Notes under the pieces: generated by a model
The model's database searches: none
What the model was told of the DNA's origin: nothing
The model's input: only the letters and a program-made list of their open reading frames with translations
Shown: positions 27,904 to 37,082 of the stretch, one piece after another
How the letters are laid out: each line of letters opens with the position of its first letter
Position numbering within the stretch: position 1 is the first letter of the stretch
Source: Bacteroidia bacterium
GTDB taxonomy: Bacteria; Bacteroidota; Bacteroidia; J057; JANWXU01
Direction of reading: 5' to 3'
Assembly: GCA_025057395.1 (NCBI GenBank)
Contig: JANWXU010000001.1
Span: forward strand, 1,660 to 65,659
Length of the DNA stretch: 64,000 nucleotides
Made by a program: the position numbers and the translations under genes

Positions 27904-29157
27904 TTAGTTCTTTTGCCCTTTTATTTGTTTGATGACTATATACATAGCATTTGCTACACTTCGTTGAATTACACGCTCTCGATTATTTTCAAAGATAAAT
28001 TGTTTGGCATAGGTATTATACGCATCGGCATATCCTATCCAAACTGTACCGACTGGTTTTGTTGGGGTTGCACCATCGGGTCCCGCAATTCCCGTAGTGG
28101 AGAGGCCAATGGTAGTACCCATTTTTTCTCTGATACCCACTGCCATCTCTATAGCGGTTTGCTCCGATACTGCACCAAATTCTTGGAGAGTGGAGGGCTT
28201 AACACCTAATAAATTAATTTTTTGTTCATTAGCATAGGCTACAATACCTCCATGTATGTACCGAGAAGCTCCTGGTACTGAGATAATTTTTGCACATAGA
28301 GCTCCCCCTGTACAACTTTCTGCTACACTAATGCTAGATGCATTAGCAATTAGTAAATTACCTAATACTTCTTCGAGTGTGGCTTCACCTTCTCCAAAGA
28401 GGAAAGGAGCTAAAATATTTTTAAGTTCTTCTAAAAGGGTATTGAATTGGATAAGTTCTTTTTCTTCTAATGTTGAAATAGAAAAACGAATATCTAAGGA
28501 ACTAAGACTGGGGTTATAGGCTAGTTGCATGGAGGGAAGTAATTTTTGTTCGAATGGCGCAAGTAGGGTAGCTAAGTAGGTTTCGGTTACCCCCATGGTG
28601 CGCAGAGTAATTGAACGAAAAAAGTGTGAGTCATAGTGCTTTTCTATGTAAGGGAAAACATGAGTTTGGGCTAAATGTTTCATTTCGTGGGGAACACCAG
28701 GCAAAACAAAATAACACTGATGGGTATTTTCCTTAGTGAAAAGCAGCCCAGGCGCTAAGCCTTCTTCATTAGGTAAGACCTGGCATCCCTCAGGAACTAA
28801 AGATATTCTTGCAGCTACTTCTGTAAAAGGACGATTTCTTTCTTGATAGATTTTTTCTATTTTTCTTAGAGTAGGCTCGTGGGTTTTTAGGTAAGTACCA
28901 AAATAGTCTGCAATTGTGCGTCGGGTAATATCGTCTATAGTTCCTCCTAATCCGCCACAGGAAATAATTATTTCTGATTTAGTAAAGCCCCAATCAAGTG
29001 CATTCTTTATAGCCTCTTCTTGGTCTGCAATCACTAGAATCTGGGCAATTTCAATACCCCTAGCATTCAGGTTTTGCGCAAGCCAATGAGTATTAGTATC
29101 GAGAGTTCGACCAATAAGAATTTCGTTACCAATAGCAATTAGGGTTGCTTTTGCCAT
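27904..29157 (-). CDS. cinA: CinA family protein (MoCF-binding domain plus nicotinamide-nucleotide amidohydrolase PncC domain)
   Basis: N-terminus KATLIAIGNEILIGRTLDTNTHWLAQNL. C-terminal half SVAESCTGGAL...STTGIAGPDG. Confidence 0.85.
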   Translation of the reverse strand: MAKATLIAIGNEILIGRTLDTNTHWLAQNLNARGIEIAQILVIADQEEAIKNALDWGFTKSEIIISCGGLGGTIDDITRRTIADYFGTYLKTHEPTLRKIEKIYQERNRPFTEVAARISLVPEGCQVLPNEEGLAPGLLFTKENTHQCYFVLPGVPHEMKHLAQTHVFPYIEKHYDSHFFRSITLRTMGVTETYLATLLAPFEQKLLPSMQLAYNPSLSSLDIRFSISTLEEKELIQFNTLLEELKNILAPFLFGEGEATLEEVLGNLLIANASSISVAESCTGGALCAKIISVPGASRYIHGGIVAYANEQKINLLGVKPSTLQEFGAVSEQTAIEMAVGIREKMGTTIGLSTTGIAGPDGATPTKPVGTVWIGYADAYNTYAKQFIFENNRERVIQRSVANAMYIVIKQIKGQKN

Positions 29158-29169
29158 AGCTGCATAAAT

Positions 29170-30021
29170 TTAGGGAATATTGGAAAGATATTTGCTTTGT
29201 TCTACTTGTAATACTTGACGAGAGGTATCTTTTTTGCGGTACAAAATAGCTACTATTTTGCAGTGGTGGGCTTTCCATTCTGGAGGAAGTATTCCCCTTA
29301 CGGTAATAGTCTTTCGTTTAGATATATTTCCCTCCTCGAAAACAGGTTGGCCCCAAGTACCGTTTAATGAGCCCCTAAGCGTTTCGTTATGTACGTAATT
29401 GTAAATATTTTGGTTGGCTAAAGAATAGTCTTTCTGGTAGCCAATTATGCTATCTTCTATAACGTAAAAAGAAATATGGTCTTCAACAGAAGGAGCTTGA
29501 ATAGAATCAATAGTAGCAGTAGCAGTAATTTGGCGTGTAGTAGAGTTATATTGAGTAGAGAGTATTAAGAGAGCAGGGGCTGGTTCTTTTAGAAAGGAAT
29601 CTACGCAGGCAGCCCAATTGCCTCGAGTTAAAATTAAATTATTATTCCATTTGCGGCGATTAATCAGAGCACGGGGTATGCCACCAGGGGTTACTCCAAA
29701 ATAAGCGTCTAATTCATTTCCTGTTTGTGTGCGCAAGTCTAAAGTATGGCTAGAATTAGGGGTTGCAAGAGGACCGGCATGAATCCGAATAAGTACTAAG
29801 CGGTCTTGATATATTTTTTTTAGCCTATCTGCTTCTTTAGATGCGGTAGGGCAATTGCCGCATAAAAAGCCCGTAAAATCTTCTAGCAATACTTTTTGTT
29901 GATTAGTTCCGCGGCTAGGAGTAGGTATATTGTTTTCTTTATAAGGCGGCTCTATTACATCGCACCCTTCTATTATAAACAAAAGAGCAAAAATGGAGAA
30001 AAAATAATAGAATATTTTCAT
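29170..30021 (-). CDS. Omp28-related / thioredoxin-fold outer-membrane lipoprotein
   Basis: Signal plus lipobox (FIIEGCD). VLLEDFTGFLCGNCP is the CxxC-like motif typical of Omp28-related proteins. Confidence 0.55.
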   Translation of the reverse strand: MKIFYYFFSIFALLFIIEGCDVIEPPYKENNIPTPSRGTNQQKVLLEDFTGFLCGNCPTASKEADRLKKIYQDRLVLIRIHAGPLATPNSSHTLDLRTQTGNELDAYFGVTPGGIPRALINRRKWNNNLILTRGNWAACVDSFLKEPAPALLILSTQYNSTTRQITATATIDSIQAPSVEDHISFYVIEDSIIGYQKDYSLANQNIYNYVHNETLRGSLNGTWGQPVFEEGNISKRKTITVRGILPPEWKAHHCKIVAILYRKKDTSRQVLQVEQSKYLSNIP

Positions 30022-30142
30022 TGAAAACTTTGTTAAAATGAATCGTTTATATGCAATTGCAATATAAATAAATCTTTTTATTTTGTTCTTTAGTATTTCT
30101 TTATGCCTTTCAAATTTTTATTCTAATTTTATTAAGAAACGC

Positions 30143-30520
30143 ATGAAAAAACTAGAGTACTTTCAACATCGAATGATGCAGACTGTAGGCACGATAGGAG
30201 TGCTTTTAGCAAGTCTTTTTTATTTTAGTACGGTTTATCTCGTTCTGAAAGAGCACTGGAGTTTTTTTGACGAGGTTACAGGCGACGTTTTATTTCTTTG
30301 CTTTTTAACTTCAGGGTACTTATTGGTATTAGCTTTTTTTAGTATAGGTCTTCGGTTTCAGATGCGATGGGCTCATTTTATGGTTTTGCTTCTTACAATG
30401 GGCTACGTTTTGCTTACAAGCAAATATATACATCAAATGCAAGGAGAAGATACTCGCTGGCAAAACTTAAGCAATAATTTATTTACACCGCCAGTTACTA
30501 ATGCTACAAAGCCCAACTGA
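30143..30520 (+). CDS. Hypothetical small membrane protein
   Basis: Three to four hydrophobic helices. ATG at 30143 (MKKLEYF) is preferred over the upstream TTG at 30083. Confidence 0.45.
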   Translation: MKKLEYFQHRMMQTVGTIGVLLASLFYFSTVYLVLKEHWSFFDEVTGDVLFLCFLTSGYLLVLAFFSIGLRFQMRWAHFMVLLLTMGYVLLTSKYIHQMQGEDTRWQNLSNNLFTPPVTNATKPN

Positions 30521-30598
30521 GAAGTGCTATTCCACTTATTATTCCAAAAAACTTGGAAATAACTGAGTTTTAATAAATTTCCACATAGTTTTCAGTAT

Positions 30599-30647
30599 AG
30601 TGCAAATATATTTGCATTTATTAGTGCAAAACAGAAATATATTTGCA
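30599..30647 (+). promoter_or_regulatory. Tandem promoter/operator-like element upstream of the OmpA-TPR gene
   Basis: Perfect 16-bp palindrome TGCAAATATATTTGCA (30601-30616). A second copy, AGTGCAAA-acagaaa-TATATTTGCA, lies at 30622-30647. Each contains TATATTTG (30607-30614, 30638-30645), which matches the TAnnTTTG -7 box. The second box is 35 nt before the ATG at 30680. Confidence 0.35.
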
Positions 30648-30679
30648 CTACGACCTTTGGGTAAGTAAAATAGAATAAT

Positions 30680-32659
30680 ATGAAAGGGATGCAATTAGTC
30701 GGATTACGAGGGCTATTGGGAATATTGATGCTATTTTCTTTATTGGCTTGCAAACAACAGGGAATAATAAATAAAGTCAAATATGAGGGCAAAAAAATCA
30801 CCAACACTTGCAAGGATTTTGAGGATGAAGTAAAAGCCCTTATTGAAGCTAACCAGGGAACAAGTCAATTGCGAATTAGTGAATTCGATAATTCTCAATT
30901 TAATTACTACTATCTAGAGCCGGGCCAATTTGAGCAAATTAAAGATACCTTATACTTTCGTCTAATTAACGATATTGTATATGAAAAATATTTACACAAA
31001 GGAGTAGCAATTGAAATTCATGCAGAATATCAGGCGCAGGAGCACCTTAAGCACTTAGAAAAGAGTGTTAGCGGTAAGCTAGGAACTTTGCGCATAGATA
31101 GAAAGTATTTTGATAGAAATAGCTACCCTTACTTTATTTACAAGCTACCGGTAGGCCAAAATTTGAATGGCAAAAACCTAAATCTTAAATTTTCGGTAGT
31201 TCAGTACGATAAAAAAGGGCGTCTGAAAAAAGTTTTTTGTAACTCTGTAGACGTACCCATTGGTCCTTTAGACCCCTCCTGCTGCACAGATAAGCCTTGG
31301 GTAGAAGTAAAGCCTAAAACTATAGTCAAAATTCCTGATATTGAAATTAAAGATGAAAATTATCGGTACAAAGGATTTACAGGTACATTGGACCTTATAT
31401 TTCCCATGAACTCGGCTAAATATACCAAAAAAAGTAGAGAAGAATTTAGAGACGTTATTTTGAATTATATTTCCAAATATGAAAATGTAGGATATACATT
31501 AACAGCTATACATATAGAAGGCTACGCTTCTCAAGGAGGAAAAGTAGATTACAATCAAAAGCTTTCGGAGGCACGCTGTCAAACGGTGCAGAAAGATTTA
31601 GAGGAGCACTTTAGGAAAATTAATCGAGAGGGACAGGTTCGAATTACTGCGAAAGGAAATGGGGAGGATTGGGAGCGCTTTATATTGCTGGCTAAAATTG
31701 CTAACTTTACAGAAGAAGAAAGGGAGCAAGTACTTCAAATTGCTAATTCTCCAGAAGATCCAGACGTAAAAGAAGCCAAACTTCGTAAACTACCGTTTTA
31801 TTGGAAAAAACTGGTACCCGAAGTGATGGAGCATTGCCGGCACACCTTTATTACCTTTACCTTCGATTATCACTTAGATAAAATGTATTATGAAAATTTT
31901 CCTAACCAGATTCCTATTATTTCTCCAGAACTATACAACGTAGCTACCAAGGTACACACTATTGTAAAGTATAGAAAGGGAGTTGACCCGAACGCAAATT
32001 TGAGAATACTTAACTACTTAATAGATGAGAATGGCAATAAAAAGCCTAATCTTTTTGCTATGCGCTCGGGCTATCACTACGTGCTTAGCGACCCCAAGAG
32101 TGCAATCGCAGATATTGAAACAGCTTATCAAATGGAAGCAACTAATTATAATTATAGCCTTTTGGGTTTAGCTTACAAGACCGCCTGGGCAGATAACTAT
32201 TCTTTGAGTGAGCGACTCCGAATTCTCAATGACTATTCTACTTTCTTATCCAAAAATCCTAATGATCCTATCCTACGGTTTAACCAAGCTGTTATGATGG
32301 AAAAAGTGGGTTATCTTTCGGGGGCACTCGCAGAGTACGATGGTATGCTTGCTAAGGGAGAAAGTGAAGCTGTTTTACTGAATAACCGCGCGGTGGCACG
32401 TCTTAAGGCAAGCCGTCTTACTGAAGCAGAAGCTGATTTACTAGAAGCATTGCGCCTTAACCCCCAATTAGCAGAAGCACATTTTAATTTAGCTATTATC
32501 TACGCCTGGCGTGGCTTAACCTATAAGGTAATTGAAAATTTAGATAAAGTAATTGCTCTTGAGCCCAGCTATAAGTGCGAGATTACCAAAAATCCTGTTT
32601 TTCGACAAATGCGCAAAAATCCCTTATTTGCCGAAAAGTATAATAATATATGCAATTGA
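30680..32659 (+). CDS. Lipoprotein with an OmpA-like peptidoglycan-binding domain and C-terminal TPR repeats
   Basis: Lipobox LLACKQQ. OmpA_C-like IHIEGYASQGGKVDYNQKLSEARCQTVQKDL. C-terminal TPRs (NNRAVARLKASRLTEAEADLLEALRLNPQLAEAHFNLAIIY). Confidence 0.75.
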   Translation: MKGMQLVGLRGLLGILMLFSLLACKQQGIINKVKYEGKKITNTCKDFEDEVKALIEANQGTSQLRISEFDNSQFNYYYLEPGQFEQIKDTLYFRLINDIVYEKYLHKGVAIEIHAEYQAQEHLKHLEKSVSGKLGTLRIDRKYFDRNSYPYFIYKLPVGQNLNGKNLNLKFSVVQYDKKGRLKKVFCNSVDVPIGPLDPSCCTDKPWVEVKPKTIVKIPDIEIKDENYRYKGFTGTLDLIFPMNSAKYTKKSREEFRDVILNYISKYENVGYTLTAIHIEGYASQGGKVDYNQKLSEARCQTVQKDLEEHFRKINREGQVRITAKGNGEDWERFILLAKIANFTEEEREQVLQIANSPEDPDVKEAKLRKLPFYWKKLVPEVMEHCRHTFITFTFDYHLDKMYYENFPNQIPIISPELYNVATKVHTIVKYRKGVDPNANLRILNYLIDENGNKKPNLFAMRSGYHYVLSDPKSAIADIETAYQMEATNYNYSLLGLAYKTAWADNYSLSERLRILNDYSTFLSKNPNDPILRFNQAVMMEKVGYLSGALAEYDGMLAKGESEAVLLNNRAVARLKASRLTEAEADLLEALRLNPQLAEAHFNLAIIYAWRGLTYKVIENLDKVIALEPSYKCEITKNPVFRQMRKNPLFAEKYNNICN

Positions 32660-32670
32660 ATAAGTAAGGG

Positions 32671-33423
32671 CTAATATCTAATTACTTGTAGGTTTACACC
32701 AGAAGTTTTAATAAAATCTTGCAAAGTTGCATTATTAGCACTAGGAATTTCTTGGCGGGTTCCCTCCCATTCCTTTCGACCCTTGGAGATAAACAAAATT
32801 TTATCGCCAATAGTTAAAACGCTTTTAATATCATGAGAAATGACAATAGTGGTGGTCTTAAATTCGTCGGTAATATCTTCAATAAGATGGTCTATAACTT
32901 CAGCGGTTTTTGGGTCAAGTCCAGAGTTAGGTTCATCACAAAATAAATATTTGGGGTTAAGGGCTATAGCTCGAGCAATTCCTACTCTTTTTTTCATTCC
33001 TCCCGAAAGTTCTGAAGGGTATTTTGACTCTGTGCCTGGTAAGTTTACGCGTTCTAAACAAAAAGCTACACGGTCCTTAATTTCATTTTTGCTCATTTTG
33101 GTAAACATTTCTAGAGGAAAAGCTACATTTTCACCTACTGTTTTGGAATCAAAAAGAGCAGAGGACTGAAACAACATTCCAATCTTTCGCCTTAGCAAGC
33201 GGAGCTCTTTTTCATTGAGTTTAAGGAAATCAACCCCATCATAATAAATTTCTCCCTTATCAGGTTTAAGTAGTCCTACTATGCACTTGGCTAGGACCGT
33301 CTTTCCACTCCCGCTAGCGCCGATAATCATATTTACACTACTGTCGGCAAATTCGAAGTCAATATCTTGTAATACTTTTTGTTCTCCAAAACTTTTGCAA
33401 ATTCCTTTTATGAGAATAGACAT
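32671..33423 (-). CDS. ABC transporter ATP-binding protein (MlaF/Ttg2A-like)
   Basis: Walker A GASGSGKT, signature LSGGMKKRVGIARA, Walker B LFCDEPNSGLD, H-loop SHD. Confidence 0.85.
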   Translation of the reverse strand: MSILIKGICKSFGEQKVLQDIDFEFADSSVNMIIGASGSGKTVLAKCIVGLLKPDKGEIYYDGVDFLKLNEKELRLLRRKIGMLFQSSALFDSKTVGENVAFPLEMFTKMSKNEIKDRVAFCLERVNLPGTESKYPSELSGGMKKRVGIARAIALNPKYLFCDEPNSGLDPKTAEVIDHLIEDITDEFKTTTIVISHDIKSVLTIGDKILFISKGRKEWEGTRQEIPSANNATLQDFIKTSGVNLQVIRY

Positions 33424-33443
33424 TTTGAGGCGGTTAGGAGTAT

Positions 33444-34184
33444 TTATAGTAAAAATTTAGCAAGGAGGTAATTAACAATTATAATAGTAGTACAACTTCT
33501 AACAACAGCAGCAGTACTAGCTTTTCCCACTTCAATAGCCCCACCTCTTACGAAGTAGCCCTCATAGGCTGAAATACTAGAAATGATGAAGCTAAAACTT
33601 ACAGCCTTAATTAACATAAAGGTTACAAAAAAAGGCTGCGTATAAGTTCTTACGCCCTCTGTGAATTGCGCATAAGAAACAATATCAGTAAGTACTCCAG
33701 CTAATATGCCGCCTACGTGCATTAAAAAAGCCGCAAAAGTTACTAAAATAGGAACCGCAATAAGAGCACCAATAATTTTGGGAAAAATAAGGTAGGACGC
33801 TGAATTGACTCCCATTACTTCTAGTGCATCAATTTGTTCGGTAACTCGCATAGTTCCAATTTCAGAGGTAATATTGGATCCTACTTTACCCGCAAGAATT
33901 AGGCAAGTAATAGTAGGCGCCATCTCTAGCAGTGCAGAGGCCGAAACTACATTTCCAATTACTGTTTTAGGATAAAATCCGCTACTTATCTGATAAGCCG
34001 TTTGCACGGTGCCTACAGCTCCAATAAAAAGAGAAATAATAAATACAATCATTACGCTGCCTATACCCATGGCTACTACTTCTATCAGTATGGCTTCCAG
34101 GTACACTTTGAGCTTTTCAGTAAGAGTAAATGTTTTTTGGAGCAATAGCAAGTAACGTCCAATATGATAAAACGGCTGCATCAT
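33444..34184 (-). CDS. ABC transporter permease (MlaE/Ttg2B-like)
   Basis: MlaE-type motif VTEQIDALEVMGVNS plus five to six TM helices. Start preferred at MMQPFYHIGRY (ATG 34184). Confidence 0.8.
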   Translation of the reverse strand: MMQPFYHIGRYLLLLQKTFTLTEKLKVYLEAILIEVVAMGIGSVMIVFIISLFIGAVGTVQTAYQISSGFYPKTVIGNVVSASALLEMAPTITCLILAGKVGSNITSEIGTMRVTEQIDALEVMGVNSASYLIFPKIIGALIAVPILVTFAAFLMHVGGILAGVLTDIVSYAQFTEGVRTYTQPFFVTFMLIKAVSFSFIISSISAYEGYFVRGGAIEVGKASTAAVVRSCTTIIIVNYLLAKFLL

Positions 34185-34321
34185 ACAAACAAATTTACAC
34201 AAACTTCCATTCAATTTGCTTTGAAGTACGATTATAAAACAAAAGTATTTTTCTAAATTCACTTTTTGTTGAATTAGTTCTTATTGGCAAATCTTCCTCG
34301 TATTGGCTTTCTTTTTACGGT

Positions 34322-36688
34322 ATGTGGCCTATTATAGCGGATCTTATTTTGCGTTTTCGTATAGCCCTTTTTGCTTTTATTTTAGTATTTACATTGTTTT
34401 TTGGTTATTATGGCTTTACCCACGTAGAAATTGTTCAAGAGTTTGTAAAGGTAATTCCTATAGATGATCCTGATTTAATAGACTACAATCATTTTAAAAA
34501 ATATTTTGGAACGGATGGAAATAGCTATCTCATTGCTCTAAAAAGTTCTGGAGCGAATTGGTACCAGGCTTCTAAGTTAGGAGGAATACAAGAATTAACC
34601 CAAAAGATAAAAAGCCTTGAGGGGGTAGAGCGGGTAATAAATCTTACGAATGTAGTTGAACTTACTTTAGATTCGGCAACGCAAAAATTTAAATTTCTTC
34701 CAATAGTATCCACCTCTTTGCACCAACCAAGCACCATAGACACTCTCCGTAATAAGTTGCAGAAATTACCCTTTTACCAGCCATTACTATTTAACCCTAC
34801 GCAGGAGGTAACTCTTTTACTGGTTACGGTTAAAGATTGGGTCTTATATGATAAAAGAAAGCACCAGCTTGCTGCTGAACTAGAAAAGCTAGCTCGTCAA
34901 TTTGCTGCCCAGCAGAATATTTCAGTGCATTTTGGCGGTCTTCCTTTTTTGAGAAGTTATATTGCTAGAAAATTGCCGCAGGAAATGGCAATTTTTAGTA
35001 CTATGGCTATTTTATTAACAGCGGCAGCATTGTTTATTTTTTACCGTTCCATATATGCTGTTCTTTTTCCTTTAACTCTGCTCATAATTAGTGCAGTATG
35101 GACCCTAGGAATTATTGCCCTACTAGGCTATAAAATTACTATTCTTACCGCTCTCTTACCTCCTATTATCATTATTCTCGGAATTCCGCCTAGCATCTAT
35201 ATGCTTTCAGAGTATCATGAATCGTATAAGCAATGCGGAGATAAAATACAGGCCCTTCACAAGATGATATTGCGTCTAGGACTTGTGACTTTAATGATAA
35301 ACGCTAATACTGCCTTTGGGTTTCTTACGTTATATTTTACTCAAGTGGTTATTTTACAGGAATTTGGGTTGGTTGCATTTTTAGGAACGATGGCTGCCTA
35401 CTTTTTAACTATTGTTTTACTACCCGGTTTTTTTAGTTTTTTACCCCCTCCCTCTGAAAAAAACTTAAAGCACCTAGAAGCTCCCTTTATAAAAAGACTG
35501 ATTAATTCTTTGGAAAAATTAGTATTTACGCAAAAAAGATGGATTTATTTAGGTACCTTTTTGGTAGTTTTCGTTTCATTACTGGGGATTGCAAAGTTGC
35601 AAGCTGTCTCCTTTATGGCAGACGATATTCCTCGTAAAGATTACATTTATACAGACCTTAAATTTTTCGAGTCTCACTTTGGGGGCGTAATGCCCTTTGA
35701 GATTTTTATAGAATGTCCTAAAAAAGGCGATCTCCTAAAATTACGTAATCTCAAGAAAATAGACGAGCTGCAACAGGCTCTAAAAAAGTATCCGGAGATA
35801 TCTACTACTTTAAGTTTAGTAGATGGTATTAAATGGAGCCGTCAAGCGCTGTTAGACGGAGAACCCAGTGCTTATGCCCTGCCTGTAAAGGAAGAACTTG
35901 ATTTTATTGCTAGAGCCACTCCAAGAAAGATTACTTCCGGCTCAGGAGCATATAATCCTCTTTTTTCTTTGGTAGATAGTACTTATCGAGTGGCCAGAAT
36001 CACTGGCTTTATGCAAGATGTGGGCTCAATTAAAATGAATATCCTTTTAGATAGTATTCAAAAAGACATTGAACGTATTTTTGTCGGCTCCTCCTCCCAT
36101 CTTAAAGTGGTAGCTACAGGTACTACTAAGATTTTTCTTAAGGCTAATGATTATCTTATTGAGAATCTGGTTTGGAGCCTAGTAGCTACTTTTTTGATTA
36201 TCGGGCTACAAATGTTTTGGCTTTTTGGATCTTGGAAAATTATGCTTATTAGCATGGCGGTGAATATTGTTCCTTTGCTTCTTACTGCAGGAATAATGGG
36301 CTTTTTGAATATTCCTATAAAACCTTCTACAGCCTTAATTTACGAACTAGCTTTTGGAATTGCTATTGATAATTCAATCCATATCTTAGCTGCTTATCGT
36401 TTTGAACGCATAAAAAATGGTAGCAAAGAAATAGCCCTTACTTTAAGTTTGCGGAGTACAGGCTTAGGCATTATTTATACTTCGATTGTTTTATTTGCAG
36501 GTTTTTCAATTTTTGCTCCTTCGGCATTTGGAAGTACGAGTGCTCTAGGAATTCTTACTTCTACTACTTTGCTAGTAGCTCTTTTTTCAAATCTTTTTCT
36601 TTTACCTGCGTTGATTTTGGACCTTGATACTTCAAAAAAAAATCAACCTCAATTTGAAGGGGCAATTATGGAAGACCTAAAAGTTTAA
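34322..36688 (+). CDS. MMPL/RND-superfamily exporter (HpnN-like, 12 TM with two large loops)
   Basis: Two repeats of 'TM, large soluble loop, 5 TM' (788 aa), the architecture typical of MMPL/SSD lipid exporters. Divergent from the MlaE-like gene. Confidence 0.8.
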   Translation: MWPIIADLILRFRIALFAFILVFTLFFGYYGFTHVEIVQEFVKVIPIDDPDLIDYNHFKKYFGTDGNSYLIALKSSGANWYQASKLGGIQELTQKIKSLEGVERVINLTNVVELTLDSATQKFKFLPIVSTSLHQPSTIDTLRNKLQKLPFYQPLLFNPTQEVTLLLVTVKDWVLYDKRKHQLAAELEKLARQFAAQQNISVHFGGLPFLRSYIARKLPQEMAIFSTMAILLTAAALFIFYRSIYAVLFPLTLLIISAVWTLGIIALLGYKITILTALLPPIIIILGIPPSIYMLSEYHESYKQCGDKIQALHKMILRLGLVTLMINANTAFGFLTLYFTQVVILQEFGLVAFLGTMAAYFLTIVLLPGFFSFLPPPSEKNLKHLEAPFIKRLINSLEKLVFTQKRWIYLGTFLVVFVSLLGIAKLQAVSFMADDIPRKDYIYTDLKFFESHFGGVMPFEIFIECPKKGDLLKLRNLKKIDELQQALKKYPEISTTLSLVDGIKWSRQALLDGEPSAYALPVKEELDFIARATPRKITSGSGAYNPLFSLVDSTYRVARITGFMQDVGSIKMNILLDSIQKDIERIFVGSSSHLKVVATGTTKIFLKANDYLIENLVWSLVATFLIIGLQMFWLFGSWKIMLISMAVNIVPLLLTAGIMGFLNIPIKPSTALIYELAFGIAIDNSIHILAAYRFERIKNGSKEIALTLSLRSTGLGIIYTSIVLFAGFSIFAPSAFGSTSALGILTSTTLLVALFSNLFLLPALILDLDTSKKNQPQFEGAIMEDLKV

Positions 36689-36736
36689 CCTCTAGGCTTT
36701 TTATTTTTTGTATTTGCATCTTAGACTAATTATTTG

Positions 36737-36744
36737 CAATTTTG
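36737..36744 (+). promoter_or_regulatory. Near-consensus -7 box upstream of SRP RNA
   Basis: CAATTTTG (one mismatch to TAnnTTTG) ends 6 nt before the predicted SRP RNA 5' end at 36750. Confidence 0.3.
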
Positions 36745-36749
36745 CATCT

Positions 36750-36835
36750 GCAAGGTAGCACGACTCGATTTTCTTGAACCCCGCCAGGTCCTAACGGAAG
36801 CAACGGTAGAGAAATAGAGTGCGATGTTGCCTTGC
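36750..36835 (+). ncRNA. ffs: Small (4.5S-type) signal recognition particle RNA
   Basis: Long hairpin: 5' GCAAGGTAGCACGACTC pairs with 3' GAGTGCGATGTTGCCTTGC. The conserved helix-8 core GAACCCCGCCAGGTCC-TAAC-GGAAGCAACGGTAG compares with E. coli CCAGGUCAGGUCC-GGAA-GGAAGCAGCC. Followed by a 12-nt T-run (36836-36847). Confidence 0.8.
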
Positions 36836-37082
36836 TTTTTTTTTTTGCAAAAACATTTAAGTCCACCTGTTTTTCCTCCCTTACCTTCGATCTTAATACT
36901 GGCAAAAGCTGCCCTGATTGTGAAAGTTCTCTTTTCTAGGCTTTGTTAATTGCTTGTTTCAAATACGTAGCATCCAATTATTTATTTGATAACTTTGTAG
37001 AGCTAAGCAAACTACCACCATTACCTGAATGGCTACTACAATACAATTGGTGCTCTAGCAAAGTTTTTTAACAAAGTGCTAT

